A stretch of DNA of 64,000 nt from Ilumatobacteraceae bacterium (lineage in GTDB: Bacteria; Actinomycetota; Acidimicrobiia; Acidimicrobiales; Ilumatobacteraceae): the NCBI GenBank assembly GCA_041394645.1, contig JAWKHV010000007.1:38879-102878 (forward strand), written 5' to 3'. Shown here in pieces: positions 61,396 through 64,000 of this stretch. The notes under the pieces are model-generated. The model ran no database searches. It was given only the letters and a program-made list of their open reading frames with translations, and had not been told where the DNA came from. The translations under genes and the position numbers were made by a program. Position 1 is the stretch's first letter. Each line of letters opens with the position of its first letter.

Positions 61396-62892
61396 CTAGG
61401 GGGATCCCAGCTTGGCCAGCAACTCGGCTGCGGTGGTGCTCTCGTCGATCAAGTTAGCCACATGCGACGCCGTCCCGCGCAGCGGTTCCATCATCGGCAC
61501 CCGACGGAGTGGGTCGTTGCCGACGTCGAAGACCAGTGAATCCCAGTTCGCGGCGACGATCTCGTTCGGCCACTTCGCCAGGCATCGGCCCCGGAAATAG
61601 GCCCGAGTGCTCTCCGGCGGCTCGACCATGGCGGCGCGGACCTCCGCGATCGGGATCAGGCGCTCCAGCCCGGCTCGATCGGCGAGACACTTGTTCGGCC
61701 GCATGTCGTGGTACTGCAGATCGATCGCCTTGAGCCGGGCGTCGCCGGCCTCGAGACCGTGACGGTCCCGGTAGCCGTCGACCAGCCGTTGCTTGGCGAC
61801 CCAGTCGACCCAGGAGGCGACCTGGGACCGATCGCTCTCGAGCCCGCTGAGCACCCGTTCCCAGCGGGCCAGCACGTCGGCGCCGACCTCTTCGCCGACC
61901 GACTCCAGTCCATGGGACCGCTCGTACTTCTTCGCCAGCTCCAACAGCGACCACTGCAGGTCCATCCCGGTCATCTGGCGCTCGTCGAGCAGGCGGACCG
62001 AACGGCCGAGCGACGGATCATGGCTGATCTGGCGAATGGCGCTCACGGGGGTCGCGAGCGTCAGGGAGTCGCCGAGCACGTCGTCCTCGATCATCGCCAG
62101 CACGATCGCCGTGGTGCCGACCTTCAGGTAGGTGGCCACCTCGCTCATGTTGGCGTCGCCGACGATCACGTGGAGCCGGCGATACTTCGTGGGATCACAG
62201 TGCGGCTCGTCGCGGGTGTTCACGATCGGGCGCTTCAGGGTGGTCTCGAGCCCGATCTCCTCCTCGAAGAAGTCGGCCCGCTGGGAGAGCTGGTACGCGA
62301 CCGCATCGGCGGCCATACCGGGCGCCTCGCAGCCGACCTTGCCGGCGCCGCAGAATACCTGCCGGCTCACGAAGTGCGGGGTGATCTGGCGGGTGAGGCG
62401 GCCGAAGGGCAGCTCCCTGGCCACGAGGTAGTTCTCGTGGCAGCCGTAGCTGTTCCCCTTGCCGTCGGAATTGTTCTTGTGCACGACGAGTTCGGCGCCG
62501 TCGGGCAGGAGATTGCGGGCGGCCTCCATCGAGCGGCGCACGATCTCCTCGGCGGCGCGATCGAAACGGACCACCTCGAGCGCGGTCGCGCACTCCGGGG
62601 TGGAGATCTCCGGGTGGGCGTGGTCGACGTAGTAGCGGGCACCGTTCGTCAGCACCGTGTTCACCAGATGCGTCTCGACCTCGGGCGGGTAGACGGCCTC
62701 GAGACGGAACCCGCGGGCGTCGTTGCCGGGTTGCTCGTCCTCGAAGTCCCAGCTGATGCGGCCCGCGTTGGCACTCACGTAGGCGTTGATCAGCAACGAG
62801 GACGCCGCGACGGGATTCGAGTCGGTTCCGCGGGCGAGGATTCCGTACTCGGTCTCGACACCGCACACCTTGGGGATGGCCATCGGCGTCAA
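61396..62892 (-). CDS. dop: Pup deamidase/depupylase
   Basis: This is an intact 498-codon ORF. Family segments are [39 protein letters not shown] and [14 protein letters not shown]. It has the Dop-specific insertion and sits immediately upstream of pup. Confidence 0.9.
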   Translation of the reverse strand: MTPMAIPKVCGVETEYGILARGTDSNPVAASSLLINAYVSANAGRISWDFEDEQPGNDARGFRLEAVYPPEVETHLVNTVLTNGARYYVDHAHPEISTPECATALEVVRFDRAAEEIVRRSMEAARNLLPDGAELVVHKNNSDGKGNSYGCHENYLVARELPFGRLTRQITPHFVSRQVFCGAGKVGCEAPGMAADAVAYQLSQRADFFEEEIGLETTLKRPIVNTRDEPHCDPTKYRRLHVIVGDANMSEVATYLKVGTTAIVLAMIEDDVLGDSLTLATPVSAIRQISHDPSLGRSVRLLDERQMTGMDLQWSLLELAKKYERSHGLESVGEEVGADVLARWERVLSGLESDRSQVASWVDWVAKQRLVDGYRDRHGLEAGDARLKAIDLQYHDMRPNKCLADRAGLERLIPIAEVRAAMVEPPESTRAYFRGRCLAKWPNEIVAANWDSLVFDVGNDPLRRVPMMEPLRGTASHVANLIDESTTAAELLAKLGSP

Positions 62893-62932
62893 CCTACCCG
62901 CACCGTGCCCCGCCGGACCCTGCGCTCCCTCG

Positions 62933-64000
62933 TCAGGGAATCGCCGTACACGACGCTTCGGCGTTGCGGACGAACTCGTCGAGCGAATCCCCGCCGAACT
63001 TGCGTTGGGCCTCCGCCGCGAGGACGAGGGCGACCATCGTCTCGGCCACGACCCCCATGGCGGGCACCGCGGTGACGTCGGTGCGCTCCTTGAACGAGAC
63101 CGTTTCGGCCTTGGTCATGATGTCGACGGTTTCGAGGGTGGGCCGGTTCAGGGTGGCGATCGGCTTCATCGCCGCTCGGGCCACGAGCAGGCTGCCGTTG
63201 GTGATCCCGCCCTCGAGCCCCCCGGCCAGCGACGACGGGCGGACGTAACGCTCCGCCACCGCGTCCCACAGGATCGGGTCGTGGGCCTGGGAGCCCCGAC
63301 GACCGGCGACCTCGAACCCGTCGCCGATCTCGACGCCCTTGACCGCCTGGATGCTCATCAGGGCCTGAGCGAGCAACGCGTCGAGCTTGCGATCCCAATG
63401 CACGTGGCTCCCGAGTCCGATGGGGACGTTGTAGGCCAACACCTCGGCGATCCCGCCGAGCGAGTCGCCATCCTTCGAGGCCGCCTTGATCTGGTCGATC
63501 ATCGCCGCTTCGGCCGTCTTGTCGAAGCAACGCACCGGCGAGCCGTCCACCGCGGCGAGGTCGGCCATGGTGGGGCGGTCGCTCGACGTGCTGCGCGCCG
63601 GCCCCATCTGGATGATGTGGCTCAGGATCTCGACACCGAGGAACGACAACAGCTTCTTGGCGATGGCGCCAGCGGCGACGCGCGCCGCGGTCTCGCGGGC
63701 GCTGGCCCGCTCCAACACGTCGCGGGCGTCGGTGAACCGATACTTCTGCATGCCGGCCAGATCGGCGTGACCGGGGCGGGGCTGGTGCAGCGGATCAGCC
63801 GTCTCGCCCGGTGCCGGGGACATCTCGGCGTGCCATTTGTCGCTGCGGAACCACTCCGAGTTCTTGATCTCGATCGCGATCGGCGAGCCGAGCGTCCGTC
63901 CGTGCCGGACCCCGCCGATCAGCGTCAGCTCGTCGGCCTCGAAGCGTTGCCGCGGGCCTCGGCCGTAGCCGAGGCGGCGCCGGGCCATCTCGGCCTGGAT
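62933..64000 (-). CDS. aroC: Chorismate synthase; the 5' end lies beyond the window
   Basis: The reading frame is open to the window edge. Family segments are EMARRRLGYGRGPRQRFEADELTLIGGVRHGRTLGSPIAIEI, RPGHADLAG, RASARETAARVAAGA, GDSLGG and SSLAGGLEGGITNG. Confidence 0.9.
   Translation of the reverse strand: MQAEMARRRLGYGRGPRQRFEADELTLIGGVRHGRTLGSPIAIEIKNSEWFRSDKWHAEMSPAPGETADPLHQPRPGHADLAGMQKYRFTDARDVLERASARETAARVAAGAIAKKLLSFLGVEILSHIIQMGPARSTSSDRPTMADLAAVDGSPVRCFDKTAEAAMIDQIKAASKDGDSLGGIAEVLAYNVPIGLGSHVHWDRKLDALLAQALMSIQAVKGVEIGDGFEVAGRRGSQAHDPILWDAVAERYVRPSSLAGGLEGGITNGSLLVARAAMKPIATLNRPTLETVDIMTKAETVSFKERTDVTAVPAMGVVAETMVALVLAAEAQRKFGGDSLDEFVRNAEASCTAIP

Overview
This is a high-GC chromosomal segment of Actinomycetota type. 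I found no rRNA or tRNA gene, transposase, integrase or CRISPR array. About 49 protein-coding loci can be recognised from the translations.

Gene content, left to right:
(i) An amide / N-heterocycle catabolism neighbourhood: GlcD-like oxidase, GGT, NadE, LLM oxidoreductase, cytosine-deaminase-like amidohydrolase, M20 carbamoylase-like enzyme, creatininase-family protein, CrtI-like oxidoreductase, phosphoribosyltransferase and a three-subunit CoxMSL/xanthine-dehydrogenase-type molybdoenzyme.
(ii) Embedded in it at 8.1-13.5 kb, a TPR-CHAT caspase-like protease gene. It diverges from a translationally coupled operon: cytoplasmic S8 subtilase carrying a 14x GSPVY array, ECF sigma factor, then a 155-aa protein.
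(iii) PPK2, DUF5522, and a five-gene peptide/nickel-type ABC importer plus TetR.
(iv) A cell-envelope glycan cluster: PIG-V-like mannosyltransferase, AftD-like arabinofuranosyltransferase, GT2, Ppm1, a 1422-aa multi-module polytopic protein, DprE2 and DprE1. It is followed by a heavily decayed GT4 and a second AftD-like copy.
(v) The canonical actinobacterial helY-tatC-tatA ... pafA-prcA-prcB-pup-dop block, then aroC.

The most striking global property is that 17 of the 49 loci are interrupted by frame changes or stops. The interruptions are patchy: 0-22 kb and 47-58 kb are affected, while 22.6-37.3, 38.3-47.2 and 58.2-64 kb are clean.

The best candidate for an undescribed system is the TPR-CHAT / S8 / ECF-sigma / small-protein cassette. 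All calls come from reading translations and motifs by eye. No database search was run.
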